Of a DNA stretch of 64,000 nt, positions 1 through 14,500 are shown in pieces. The position numbers were made by a program, and so were the translations under genes. A model generated the notes under the pieces. It ran no database searches and was not told the origin of the DNA. It saw only the letters and a list, made by a program, of their open reading frames with translations. This DNA comes from Oikopleura dioica (Eukaryota > Animalia > Chordata): contig OU015566.1 of NCBI GenBank assembly GCA_907165135.1, positions 9,734,001 to 9,798,000 on the forward strand. The letters are read 5' to 3'. Position 1 is the first letter of the stretch. Each line of letters opens with the position of its first letter.

Positions 1-2520
1 TTTTATTTCAGCGTGTAAAAATGATTGCCTGATCTTATTTGGAAAGGGACTTCATTTTTACGATTAGGATGTTTCCCGTTATGTCTGGCTCGATTCAATT
101 GTTATGGATCGAGTGTAATTTCCTCGTCGTAAATTCCTCTGACTCCAGCGCCGTCAAAAGATCGCCTTGATTTACAAATTTCAGAAATTTTGATCGATCA
201 ACTTTTTCCTTTTTTCAAGAGCTACTTGACCCTGTCGAGGTTGATTTTTGCTCTTCACGAATCGACCAAAACAAACTTTAGTTTGAAATTGAAAATTTTG
301 GTCGAAACTTTCAACTGAAGGCTTTTTCTATTTTTGGCAAATATTTGGATGCGTCGCAAAGAGAGACGACGGGCGAGAGGTCGGATGAGTGACAGTATCG
401 GCACAGTATCGCTACTGCCAGGCTGATCCGTCCCCCGGCTCAGCTCCCGCCACGCGCCCGAGGGGGAGAAGTTGAGTGGTTCCAACTTTAGAATTTCAAG
501 GTCGAAGCCGGGCGTAGAGAATCTACGTCAATGATTGTCTCATCGACGATTTTGTTGATGAAAACACCGATATTGAAAAACAGACCTGTGCTACCTTCCC
601 TTTTTTTAATCCCGTGGCACTGGGGAAGGCTCAAAAAATCCGTGCTTTAGAAAATTTAGCATATTCAATCCGGGTAATAAGTGTTCGCTAATGAGCCCCC
701 AGCTGCCATCTGCGCTCCCCCGCGGAGCAAAACACATAAAATATGCCTACCGAACTCGCCTAATCGAAGAACAACTCTACCGAAGCCTAATTCCGGGACT
801 GAAAAAAATATTCGAATATTCCATGAACCTTCGAATTTTCTGCTCCGTGCAATAAACCAAATTAGGCCGTAGAGAGGCTGAGTTTTCGAATCTTAGCAAA
901 TTGAATCATTGTGGCTTGGCCCGTCGCTAGAAAAATATTCTCACCACACACGGCACGCGACAGTTTACGGGTAAAATATCAACTTTTCAGACTTTTCATG
1001 GCCTTTTTATTTTGGAGAAAACAAAGAGCTCTGATTCCATAAGAACTCGATTTTCAGAATACTCCAAAATTGGAATTCCAATTTAAATTAAATTTTATTA
1101 CCAAAAAGCCAAAGCAAAGCCGCCCCCGAAAACCGCTTCCTTTTCCAGTTCAAAAGTCGCGCCCGCAATCTTCCTTCCAATAAACGCACTTCTACGGAAG
1201 TGAAATCAAAGTACTTCCTCGCTTCCATTGTCTCCCACGTCGAAATCCATTTCACGCTATTCCAAAAAGTTGGCTCTCCCATGCCCCGCCACGCGGTACT
1301 TTTTGCTTAGATAAGAAAAGCCAATTTCTGTGTCGAAATCGTGACACAAATCGAGATTTCGTGTCAAGTGCTCCATTTTTTCATGAAAACTCATTTTCCA
1401 AATTTCTAGCAAAATGACCTTGTGGTGCCAAAAAATATAAATTAACCCCCGGTGCCACTTTTTAAAATAACCGTGTTGCACCGTACTCGCATCGATACCG
1501 AGGGCCTAGTGATAAGAAACGAGGCGATAAGGAAACCGCGAGTACCCATCTGGCGGGATCCGGTGCCCCGCTTTTGGTATTTTTGCTAATGCGTTTTCTG
1601 GCGCGTATTTTTGGAGCAGAAATGAAATCAACTCCGCCGTGGCCGGCAAAGAATTTACTCGTGCATTTTAAAACCGATCTGTTGTCAGGCTGGTCCCTAG
1701 GATAAGCTTGTTCAATTTTGCAAGCTCCAGGTCATCCTCCTTATCATCTGATTAGCCTCGCCGGATAAGGATCTAAGAGCCACTGATGCAAAAACTAGAA
1801 ATTTCGCGAAATTGGCAGCCTGATGGATTTTTCGCCAAAATAACTATGATAGATGAGCATGGGTTCCACTTGGGCGAGCAGAACCTATTTTCTGGGTTCA
1901 GCACCTTTCTGAGCGACGGAGGAGTCGACGAAAAAAACGGGGCGGCGAGATGAAAAGATGGTTATTTTTCCGGACCCGTTTGTGTTGTGAGAAAAACGGG
2001 AAAGGGGACCTTAGTTTTGTTTATTCCCATAATTGAAAGGCAAAGGCTACAGCTGTGTTTTTGGGGAATAGGCTTTGATCCCGTCGAAGTCCTCAGGTTA
2101 TCCCGATAATTCAGATTGCAGACTTTTATAGGCGAAAAGAGACACTTATAGAAATAAATATTGTTGTTTCCTAAATTTTACTGTAATTTTGAAATGCAGA
2201 AACATGATTAATCCTCCAATCTGCGAGAGTGGACTCAGCATGGATCAGCTGCACGCTCAAACAGCGAAAATCCAGATTCCGTTTTACCGGATTATCGAAA
2301 TAAATCCCCGGGCCGCCGCTTTTGATATGTTAAAAAAGCGTACCCCGCTGGGCTAAGAAAGTTGTAAAACGGGGCGCACAACCTTGATCGGGCGGCGCAT
2401 TTTGACACGTAATGAAAGCTCTTTGATTTTACTCGCCGTGAATATTTTTTCCGTCGGCAATGGCCCTGTAATTTAACTGTATTGAACTTGTTGGCAGCTT
2501 ATTAACATTTCCTTTTCCAG

Positions 2521-5500
2521 GTTTATTGCTCGATACGAGGCAGGCGACGACTGATCTTGGATGGGAAATTGGACCAAACTCAGGGGTAAGTCAGAAGAAC
2601 AAAGAATAAACGTCTAATTTCCAGTCTCTCGGGTGAAATTTTCAAATTTTGAAATGGTCAAACTCTTTCTCGGGTGTGGCTGTTTCTAGTCCCCACAGCT
2701 CGCGATCGTTAAAACTTACGCGCGTAATCTAAAATAGCGGCCGAACTTCCGGACTTACGGCCCATCCATCCGGTGTCCGCCCTTGGCCACGGAAGGTCTA
2801 AGCTTTCCGCGAAGATTTCAGTGAGGCAATTTGAATAAAACGCATTTTGAATACTGATCTTGATTATTGTTATGGAAAACGGGCGACACGTTTTTCTTCT
2901 TTTCGAAATTCCATTTTTCGCTAGGTTGATTCGCAAAACTCTTATTCTCATTGTAAACATCAAATCACACAATCAACAGAGAGGTCGCTGGCCCCGCACA
3001 GTATGCGAAACAAGCTATACTTTTCGCGGCTATTTGTTATCACCAAAAATGTGGGAGTTCTGAATTCAGCAAAAATGTGGGGTAGGCTGATTAAAATTCA
3101 TTAAATTTAGAAATCAAAGAAACGAAATAGGGAAAGGTTTAATTGGTGTTAATATTCTTAATTTTCATTGTACCCAGAAATGTCGTAAATTTTCAGAATT
3201 TCTTCGTAGCGTTTTTAATAGCATTTCAAGGTTTATAAATACTGATTCTGAAAAGGCCTTTAGATCGTTTTGCACAGCCTTAAACTTTCTAAAATCCCAA
3301 AATTGACGCTCCAGACCTTGAGTTGAAGAACAAAGCGCCAATTATTCCTTTGCCTTTGCGTTTTTTTTCTTCTTCGTTTTTACAAAACTGCTACCTTCGC
3401 CGGCCCGTTATGACGCTTCTAGCCACCCATAATTACACCAGAGCAGGTTAAACATTGCGGCCGTGATTTCGCGAAAAGCAAGGAGCCGATTTTAAGGCGC
3501 TAAATGCGGCCTTGCGCAAGTTTAAATTCTAGCGGAGGGGGTTTTTAATCTGAGGTTGTGAATTGATTATCGAGTATACGTGGCTTCTCATACAGTAATG
3601 GCTTGTAATGGCCGCGCGGTGGATCAAGGCGAAGACCTTAAATGAACGAATCGATGATCGATACATCTTTTTTGATATTCTGACTTCTGAAGGGGATCGG
3701 TATTAAGGTGCCAGCCCCCGTAGAGAAAAAGGATATTGGAAGTTGACCGCATATCGCGCGGAATTTAACCCTCCCTCGTCGTGTTGTGTTTTTGATAGCG
3801 ACTCTAAGCGTGACCTAGAGCTAGTTATCAAGAAATATCAAAACGAAAGAACGACGAAGAGGTCCTTTAAGTCTTCGAGAGCCAGTGGAATTCGCTCAAT
3901 TACAACAAAAATGCCAAAAGTGTCAGCGAGCGGTTGAGAGTGAGCTTATCTCCCACAGCACAAATATCTGGCTGTAACTCGACAGTCTTCTAAAACCCAT
4001 TAGAAATAAAATGATCGAGCAAGTTCTTGAGTCAGTAAGAAGCATAAGTTTCATAAGCATTTTTTGGAAAGTGTCCAGCCAGTGGTTTTCGAGATTGATA
4101 ACCAGAAAATGAGATTTGGGCTGGCAACCGCCATGTTGATTTTATCACGAAGCCACAAATTTAGGGTCTCCGGAACCGGATTTGTCAAACTCACCTGGGC
4201 AGCGTCCATAGGTACTGTCACACTGGCCAGTATGAACACTGCAAAGACGGGAAATGCGCGGTGGAATTTAGATCCGCTTGAGAAAGTATGCGCTTTTGAG
4301 TCAGAAGGCATTCAATTCGAGCCGAATTAAGCTCAGAATGGAACTCCATTCTACCAGAAATAATTTCCCTCTCGGTGTTCAATTTTTCGCTCGATGGCAA
4401 ATCGCGAATCGTTTGTGACTCGATCTGATGATGACTGTATGCATCAAAAATATTGATTCTTGCAATTGCCAATTGTCCCTTTCTTTCTGATAAGGGCAGG
4501 ATTTGTATTCGGGAGATAAATCGGTTTGGCCAACTGTCGTGCTCCGGATTTGGCTTTTACGGGCCGCGTAAAAGGTTCCACGCTTTTAGATGGTCCTTGG
4601 CCGCGTGAAACAGGGTTGGTAGTATCCCCTAGACTTGCCTTTGATATTCACTTTAGACAGAATCGTGCCAAAAGGGATCGAAGAGCTTTTCCATACAGAA
4701 AAGAATGGGATTTGCTCGGCACCTGAGAGGCACTGTTAGCTTCAAATCCATCACCCGCCGAGTGATAAAGGCTCGGCGGGTGATCGTGTTAGCCACATGG
4801 GTGACCGATCCCATCATTGCGCTATTCTTTTCCCACCCCATTACGAAAAGAAGGAAACATTAGAAGGTTACGCCCTTACGTATTTTTCTCGCTCCCATGA
4901 ACGTCGCGAAATTCCAGCGAAATTAAAATTTACAATTTTAAAAGGAAAGAAAAACATTCTGAAAAGAACGCGCTCCCAGCATTAATTATTCCCCGTAAGC
5001 GGATTATAAAGAAAATGAACAGTAAGATGAGCAGCTCGCATGGTTAAAAATTGATGAGCAGAGCAGTACAGCAGTAGTAGGCGCACTGTAAATGCATAAG
5101 CGATATATCGACAACGAGACGTACTTCTAAATAATGCTCGAGCCTCGAGGTAGAGTATTTTTAATTAAAAATGGCCAGCACGTTCTATGAGCACAAGCTG
5201 ATTCAGACACTACAAAGTATGCTCACAGTAAGGAATATTCTCTTACTGGACAGTTTTTCGCTAAAATCAGTTGAACAAAAACCATTTGCCTCAATTTCCA
5301 TCGCGGTCACTTCAAGCCTTGGAACCAAGTCCCTCCCTCCCGGAAAAGAAGGTTCCGCTCAATTTTAACCCCTTTTTTAAATAAGTTGCTCAAGTGGCAA
5401 TTTTCGAATTCTGGAAAGTATAACGAGCTTGGAGGAAATAATTTAAATACTTTGAAAATTGAGTGCAAATATTTCCCTGTGCATTTTTATCGGGCAAGCT

Positions 5501-8500
5501 TTCTTGGCAATGTCGCTGACACGTAGTCTAAGTGGGGGCTTTTTGAATACCGAAGAGACTGAAAATTATGATTCTAGCGCGACTTTCCCATGGAGACAAT
5601 CATTTTTGAACCTTTTCTTTACTGTTTCATTTTAGTGGGACGAAATCTCCGGCCACGACGACGCCGGCAACGAGTACCGAATGTTCCAAATCTGCGAAAT
5701 CACCCGCACTGATCAACAAAACTGGCTGAGGACAAATTACATCAAGACATTCGGCGCGAATCGAGTTTTCGTCGAAATCGAATTCACCATTCGGTAAGCC
5801 TTGCCCTTTTACATTCACCCTTTGATGTTGTAATTGAGCTGATTTGAGGTACCCCCTGCGCTCTTGAAAGCGCAACAGATTAGTTTTTTCGGGTTAACTT
5901 AAGCTTATTTGAAAATAAAGCCTTTTTTCTTCTTCGAGTATTTTTTTTGTGTATTTTAAACTTATTTAATACTCTCTTTTTATTTTCTTTCCTTGCTCAA
6001 CGAACAAAATGAGACATATTGTTCTCCAAGATAAAGCTTGTCGAAAATGGATGTTTTTCCTCGCTGTCAGCTTTTAATATTCGCTATCTAAGCGATATTT
6101 GGGGGTGTTGATGGCGGTGGCGGCGGCGCCTTGAAAGGGGCAACAGGGAGTAGATTATAAGTCGACAAGGCTCGGCCGGCCCTTCTAATCGTGTTCGAAT
6201 CACAGTCTTCAACATGTTTACGAAATATTACCAATTTCGCGGCGGGGAGAAAATTTAGCTCCGTCTTCTCATATCTATCCATCGTGATAAGAGAAGAAGA
6301 AACGTGGCCCGAGACCCGTTCAATAATGTACCGAAAATAGTAGCTTAACCCCTATACTCGAAGCTGCCTAAAGAACCCCTTACCCGAAGTGTACAATTTT
6401 TGTCGATTTGATCTTCCTCTCGAGATAATTTTCTGAAAATTTCAGATCATACCAAATCAATGATTTTCTTTCGAACTGCACTTTTAGATTTATCGAAAAA
6501 TGAATACTTAGTGGTTTAACTGATATAAGTAATTTTGTCACTATAAAATTTTTATGTGACGACTATGTAAAAAAATTCATCTTTACCGCGAAAAAAGCCG
6601 CAAATTAACAAAATTTCTTCTTTCGCGAAAATTTCGCATTTCGCCTTTTGGACCGGCCTCGCTCCTCTGAGTACTCATCATATTTCCTAAATTGTCATAT
6701 TTCAAGTGGCTGATGTGTTTTGCCTCGCTCACTGGCCACTTTTAAAGCACTCGACATTAGTAGTGTTGTATCCCCTGGCCGGATACTTCACGTAACCCTC
6801 TGTTGCCGTCGTTTGGACTTATCAGTCTTTTTCAAAGTGTAATTACGATCTCTCCGAGTAGCTGTGCTGCTTGGCACGCGCTGCGGACATCTTCTAACAT
6901 ACAAACCCTAAGTGCACTTTAGATCAAAAGAACGCCCGCTCACTGCAGATGGAGACCCCTAAACCCCTCGGTATTTTTGACAGGCGCTTTTCGTGTACTT
7001 ATGCAAGTGTTGGCATGTTCATTTCCTTGCCAAAAGAAGCATCCAATTTTAGACCGTCGCCGGGTTCGAAAAGATATTGCCTTTGCCATCATAATCGCGC
7101 GGTTTTCTTATCACATTATCACTGAATCCAGCCAAACCGCAATGATAAATGCGGTCGTTGGAATCACATCCTCCTTTCCTTCTATCGCGGTTATACCGAA
7201 ATAAAATAAAGTTTTGCGACTTCCTCTCCCTAATCCTTCCTCGGCTTATTTACTAGTCAGAAAATTGGCCAAGTGGTGGTCCCCTTACGACATTTTTTGA
7301 ACAAGCAACACGACGATAACCCTAAACACAGCCTTGCCGCGACTCAGATAATTTCGCGGTTAGGTCCACCGTTCGGGTGAATAAGCAAATAATAATTTCG
7401 TAAAAAGAAAAGTGTTTCGAATATCATTTCAATTTCGAATACCATCTAACCGCTGAGATGGTCGTTCCGACTAGCTGTTTCTCCTTCTCGACTTCTAGTT
7501 ACAGAATTAAGGGCATCGGCAGCCGCAAAAGCAATGTTCCTCTCACCTTGACGCGAAATAATTAACGTTTTGCGTCTGGCCAAATATGTACTCAAATTAA
7601 AGTTTTAGAAACCTGCTCAACCAAGGAGCAACTGTAAGGTTTACTTCGCACTTAGGATTCGACCTTCCTGTAGAATTAAATATGACCATTGAGCATTTTT
7701 TAATATCAAGTGTTTCCGAAATCTAAGTCGAAAAGAAGCGTTTTTTATGAAATTAAAATTAGATAATGATAGTCATCTTTGCTCTATGGGAACTGTTGGG
7801 TAGCACTTTGCTACCAGTGGAATGTGGTTTTGTCAACTAACTGTGTGGCGAAAGCAGCCTCCCAGCCAAATAGTCTTACCCAACAATCCCCGGTCCTGAC
7901 CAAAACAGACATCACGTGGCTGGGCCAGATCAGCTCTGATTACAATTTGTTCAATCAAATGACCACGCCTCAGTAAAGTTATTTTTCTTCAGATCTTGTG
8001 AAGATTTGGCTAATGTCAAAGTCTGCCGGGAAACATTCAACTTGCTGGCCTACGAAGCTGATGGTGAACAAGATACTCCACAGTGGAATACTCTTCACTA
8101 CAAAAAGGTAAAGCAATCTTATTGACGAAAAACTCCGTTGTCGATTTCTGACTTCCAGGCACTCAAAAGTGGCTTTAAATTTTTGAACCTGGCCAAACAA
8201 AGAGACCAGAGAAGAGTGTGCCCAAACAACAATTTGTTTGCGGAAGATGCTGCTTGACATGAATCCAAATTTGATTTATAATTCGCCACCAAATGTTTAT
8301 ATTTGGCATTTGGTGATTGTTTACGACGCTGATGTATCTATTGAATTCGCTGTCTAAACTAACCTTATTAATTTATCATTTTTTAGGTTGATACAGTAGC
8401 GGCTGACAGACGATTTTCGCCAGAAGCTGATTCCAGACATCGAACAAACTTTGAAACTCGTGAAATCGGAAACTTGACGAAAAATGGTCTCTTCATCGCT

Positions 8501-11500
8501 ATTCAGGTAAGAAAATCTAAACTGGAAAATAGAGATATTCTTGAGTTACAAAACGGATTGTTTATTTCCATTCAATCTCTAATCGCCTTGAAGTGCATTT
8601 TGCTATCTAAAAACATAAATACAAAAAAACGTTCTGGACTTACATAATCCGTTTATCAGCAGGTTCCTTTTAGAGGACTTTGGATTAGCTAAAAAGCCGA
8701 GATCGTTTATCAGTAACTTAGCGCGAGCAACACTCTTATCAGTAGGTGTTTCTAGCTGAGCTGGCCATCAGATCATTCGGCTGATCTTTTCTGAAACGAG
8801 CGTCTAACCGTTCTTTTCAGGATACTGGCGCGTGCATGGCCCTGATGCACTTGAAAGTCTACTACAAATTTTGCCCTGAGACTGTTGAAAACCTCGCTGT
8901 CTTTCCTCGAACTGTTTCTGGACCAGATCTGACTTCGCTTGAAGAGGCAACTGGAACTTGTGTTGATAATGCAGCCATGGTAAGTTCAAAGCTAATTGGA
9001 GAAAACAACATCGAAATTCGCAACTTGAGTTTGAGTACCAAATATTAATTAACAAGAGTCTTGGCGAAAAGATCAAAGCCCCTTACGCATGTACCCCTTC
9101 AATGATTGGCCTCCAATTCGCTTATCGTAAATATGCACGGAAATGTCCCGAAAGAAACAGCTTTATTTGAGAGAATCGCCGCCACGGCAATCCATCGGCT
9201 TCTTCCGGTGCAGCGTGGGGGCCCTCGAGTCCTTGAAGGATCGATAGAGTTAGAGATTTCATTCTAGGCTCAACTTCAAAGCGAGTTTAGGTGAAAAACG
9301 GATAAATCTGAGGATGAGCGGCGGATTGAGCCTTTTTCTAACACTTTAAAGTGTCGAATATCCATGCGTCTGTCTCACGCCTTTGACAAGCTAGATGCAT
9401 TTTTTGGCAAAAAAAAACTTTTGAACACGTAACACCTTCAACTACAGTAGGAAGTCTCCATAAATTTCAATTGTACAGCCTGTCTAAAACATAGCTATTT
9501 ACTTGCTAAAGAGCGTTCCAACTCGAAATCTGTCGGAAAACGTCGCTCATGCTTCCCGCGGGTCCGAACTACAGATACAGTCACGTTTGCTTTCCTCTTC
9601 TGGAGCTCTTTTGACCCAGGACGGAACTGGATGATAAGAGCGCGTGCTTGAAATTTGTCAGAACGCGTGACTGATGGAGCTTATTTTAACATGCTCTTCG
9701 TGTATTTATACGGGTACGTCTCTGAGGGCTCAAAGCTTCAGAAGCGAAAAACATGCGGTTGGATTATTTTCACTTGAAATCGACTTTTCCCCGTCTAAAT
9801 CTGGCTCCCAAGTCAGATATGAAGCCGATTTGCACAGTTTATTATCTAGAGTAAATACGCCATCCGCGAGAAATCGCTCCACCAAGCTCAAAAGAAATTT
9901 CTGTGGATACTCAAAACATTGTAAAAATCTACAACTAATCACACATATAAAACCCAGTCACCTGTTAAATACGCTGCTCCGCGAATTTGATGTTTTTGTT
10001 CTCCACCGGCTCTGAGCCAAGAACACCCTTTCAAAAATACTTTTTAGGATCCATCGCAAAGCCCGAAATTGTACTGCAATGCCAAAGGCGAGTGGACTTT
10101 GCCAACTGGAAAATGTCAATGTGTCGCCGGCTTCACTCCGTCCAAGGACTTTTCTTCGTGCGAACGTAAGTAAAAATCTCTTAAAGTACCTACCCGTAAT
10201 CCTCGACTACAACTTTTTCTAGTCATAATTTCGCGAAAAGCCGCAATTAAGCTTTTCCCTTTTTACTTTCTCCCAAACCCTAATCCGACCAAATTGTAAC
10301 GGTCTTATTCATCCTGCTCCACCACCTTTCTTTACTGGAATTGAATTCAATTGTGCTCAAGCCGGCGGTGAATTTCGTGGCAGCGCGTTGAATTTTAACC
10401 CGTATTCGTGCGGCCGCGCACTTCTCTTTGGGTTCACCACAGGCAGATTTGCGCCCCAGCGGAACAATATAAAAATGCATTCCACGAAATATGCATGTCA
10501 CATCGAATTCTAGCGTTTTCTTTATTTAACCACCCGTCGGATGATGCGAGAATTCCACTTTTATACCTTGAAATTCATGAATTTTCGATCGAACGAAAAA
10601 TAGCCTCAATATTACGAAATCTTGCGCGTAAAGAAAACTGCGAAAGAGAGCAGTGACAGTTTACACATGTTCCCTGTCGCCACCTGTGACAGAGGGTGCC
10701 ACAGTTTCTTTACCGCAAGGGTCTTGAAAAGCAAGTGAGGATTAGTTTGAACTCTGATTTGAATTTTGCCGAGCATCTCAAGATGCTTATTTTTGTCACT
10801 TTATTTGTCACCTTTTTCTTGATTTTTACGTTGCTTCTACGAACAACTAATCCACCGCCAATTTCATTGAGAACAAGGACGAAATCATTATGACCTCAGT
10901 TCGTTCATAATTTTCCCCATGTCCTTTGATATTTAACAAGCGTAAAAATCCAGATCTCGGGCAAATAGTAAACGCATTTTAACACGATCGTAAATCATTC
11001 TCCGATAATAGACAGTGAATTATTTGCTGCGGAATTGAATCTTATTTCTAAAGAGGAAGAGAATCTGATTGATTCAAATATCTCGGAAATATTATCGCCG
11101 TAAAGCTAGAAACGCTAGAATAAATTCCGCAAACGAGCTGGCGCCACGCTCGTATGAGATGCAAAGATGACATAATCAAAATGCCATTTTTGAAATAGAA
11201 ACCGCCGGCGAAAGTGTCAATCCCTTAAGCGTCTCGTTCTTGCTCTAGAAACAGTCAATATCAATATTATGGCGTGTCCTAAGTGGTCTACGGGTTTCAT
11301 TGCAAGAGCCAAGTACCCGTGACCGGGCGATGGTCACACGTGGTTGGCCATAAACTGATTACAACTTATCCAAAATGCAACTGGACGGGTTGGATTTAGT
11401 TACGCGCATTATCAAACCGAAAGGTCGTGTTGCTAGCGAAAATTTTACTCGAGCTGAAAATATGCAAACTTGCGAAATTAAGAAAATATTCCTTTGAACA

Positions 11501-14500
11501 CATTCTAACCCGCGGTGCACCATCTCTTGAATTCCCCACCCACAAGCCGATCCATCCATCCTCTCATCCCTTTTCTGATCCTTTTCCTTTAGCTTGCCGC
11601 AAGGGCACTTACAAGAGTCAAACTGGAAACGGCCCGTGCACCTCCTGCCCACGAAATGCTGTATCCAACTATGGTGGAGCTGATGTCTGCACTTGCCGAC
11701 CTGGTTATTTTCGATCAGCTGATGATTCTGTCGACGCTGCTTGCTCGACTACGCCTTCTGCTCCTCGAGACTTGGCCGCTTTCGACATTTCTGACAATGA
11801 TCTTCGTCTCTCTTGGATGGGACCTTCCGACTTTGGCGACCGACGAGAAATTGAGTACAAAATTGAATGCACCCAAAACAACCAACCTTGCCCACGAAGC
11901 GTCGGGGCCTCACCAAGCTGGACTGTTCAATCCCGCTCCGTCCAGATTCACGGACTCGATGCCAGCTCCAACTACGAGTTCCGAGTTTATGCTCTCAACG
12001 ACATCTCCTCCATCGCTGGTGGCGAAGCTGCTTACGCACAAGTCATTGTCAGCACTGCTGATCGTTCCCCAGCCGGAATCGCCATGGTTGAAATTGTCGA
12101 TTTCACCTCTTCCACCGCTCGAATTGCCTGGCAAGAACCAAGAATCTCTGATGGCGTTGTAAATGGTTATGAAACTGTTTTGGAAAACAAAAATGGCGGC
12201 GGCATCATCCGGAACATGACGACTGACCAGGAGATCTTCTTTTCCGGACTCATGGCCTCGAACGTCTACGTTTTCAAGGTGAGCTAGTGATTTATATTTT
12301 TCTAAAAGGCAACGGGGTAGAACAACTATCCGGATTATGCGTAGCCCGACAGCAAGTTTCCCACACGTCCTTTTTTGTCACTAATGCTTGTTAGTTCTCT
12401 TTTGTCCTGTAGGACAATCATAATGGCATTTGAGAATTCTCAGAGGCCGGAGATTTGTGTTTCCTGATTAGGCTCAGAACAGAAAATCCGGATCGTCATT
12501 GAACCCCGCTAAAGCTGAGCGATATAGATTATGAAAGGTTATCCCTCCGTTTGACCACTGGCCGATGCTTAGTTGCGTTACTTGAGTTTTACCATCTGCC
12601 CTTACATGGAGCGTTTCTTTTTGAGCAAGAGGGACAAGAGCCTATTACACTTGCCAAGATAAATAGCAATCACGTGACTAATTGGCGTTCGGAGCTACGC
12701 GGCCGGTTATACGCCCGAGCGGTTAGCAAAACAACAACCCAGCGATTATTGCCTTATGAGGAGAACCCCCTTAGCAAACTTCTTACTAACCTGATTATTA
12801 AGGTACGCGCACGGACCAGCAACGGACTCAGCCCGTACTCAAATCCCGAGGAGTTCAAGACATACGCGTCCAATTCTCGCGTTATGCTCTCAAAACCTGA
12901 GTTTGAAGAGTCAAGCGAATTTGTCGAAGAAAGCAACACTGGAGCCATCGCAGGTGCCGCCGCTGGTGGTGCTGTTATTCTCATCATGTTGGTGGTCTTC
13001 CTCGTCATCTGCACTAGAAAGAACACTTATCATAAGGGCGATAAGTACGTCCACGAGCTTGGCGTTACTGATGTGACTTTCCACCCTGTCCATCCAGTTG
13101 GCAAAAACTCGGCTATTTACGGGATGGAACACACTCCCTGGCTCGCGAATCAAGAAGCTCCACAGCCAAACCAGGAGCTCGAAGTCAGCCAGGTCGAAGT
13201 CGGATCCACTCTTCGAAGAGCTACAGGTAATAGACCAAACTAATTAGCTTTACAAAGCACAAACAATCCTAAATGACCGGTTTGCTCAATCTGTTTCAAA
13301 ATTGATGCAGGACGTGGAAGCAGAATTAGTGTCATGATGGCGGTGCCACACTGGCGCCGGGGTAAGCAGCTAAACGTAAATTTATTTATGCATCCCGCTG
13401 CAAGCCCCAGATCATGGTCAGGTTGCGCATACCGGACGTTTTTCATCATTTTCCGCAATTTGTGGTCGCCGTGCTTCTTTTGGAAGCAGGCACTGGCTCA
13501 TTATCAAAGCAAAGACATGTCATTTTTATAGATCGTATAATAATAACAGTGATGGAAAATATTCTAAACTACGTTTCTAAACAACCGTTTTTAGGTTCGC
13601 AAATGGTCGAAGTCTTACACGGCACCTTCCGACCCTTCAACGGTCAAGCCCCAGAACCAGCCATTGTCAAACGACTCCGAGTTGGATTCACTGGCCAGCA
13701 GAAAGCCGAGTTCCTCAATGACGCTGACATCATCGCGCAATTCCGACACGAAAACGTGATTGAAATCAAGGGCGTAATTTCACACACGATGCCGCTCATG
13801 TCCGTTTATGAGTACATGGAGCATCCCTTTGCCGACGAATTCCTGAGGGTAAGGATTATTTGATTTTGACTTGGAACATGGATGAATAACCCATCGTTTT
13901 GATGTAACTGTTTGACTACGGACTGGAGAATTCCAGCGGTGGAAGAAATGCTCCGTGTTATCATTATCAGAGCACTCTTATCAGTGTTCACTTTCGATAG
14001 AATTGTCAATATGATATACAAAACAGCTAAGATAGTGGCTGCTTTCGGAATTTCGCTAGAGATCTAAGGGATTTAACAAGTAGCTACCTCGTTTCTTCTT
14101 CTTTTTAGAACGATAAACGAATTCCGCAAGTTTTTGGACCTATTTTTTCGTCAGAATTTAATTAAAACTCGATTTTTGATTCGTCCAATGTTTCCAAAAT
14201 TTAGCAACAAAGCAGCTTGGAGCAAAAACGTCATGATTATTTTCAGATGCATCGGGGTCAACTCTCGCAGGTCCAGCTCCAAGGGATGATCCGCAACGTC
14301 GCGGCCGGTATGAAGTACTTGATTGAACAGGGCTATCTCCACCGGGACCTCCAATGCGCTCACCTTGCTGTCACCGCCAATTTGAACGTCAAAATCGCCG
14401 ACTTCTCTCAAGCCAGACGACTCGCTGAAACCTTTGTTCCAACAGTAAGAATTTAATTAAGTATCCGATCTACCATTTGAGATCTGGAATTTCGCATAAA

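Noticed and set aside
4750-4800. Helitron 3' hairpin
   Set aside because: No CTRR|T terminus at the expected distance on either strand.
6140-6210. tRNA-like GTTCGAATC motif
   Set aside because: No convincing acceptor, D or anticodon stems.
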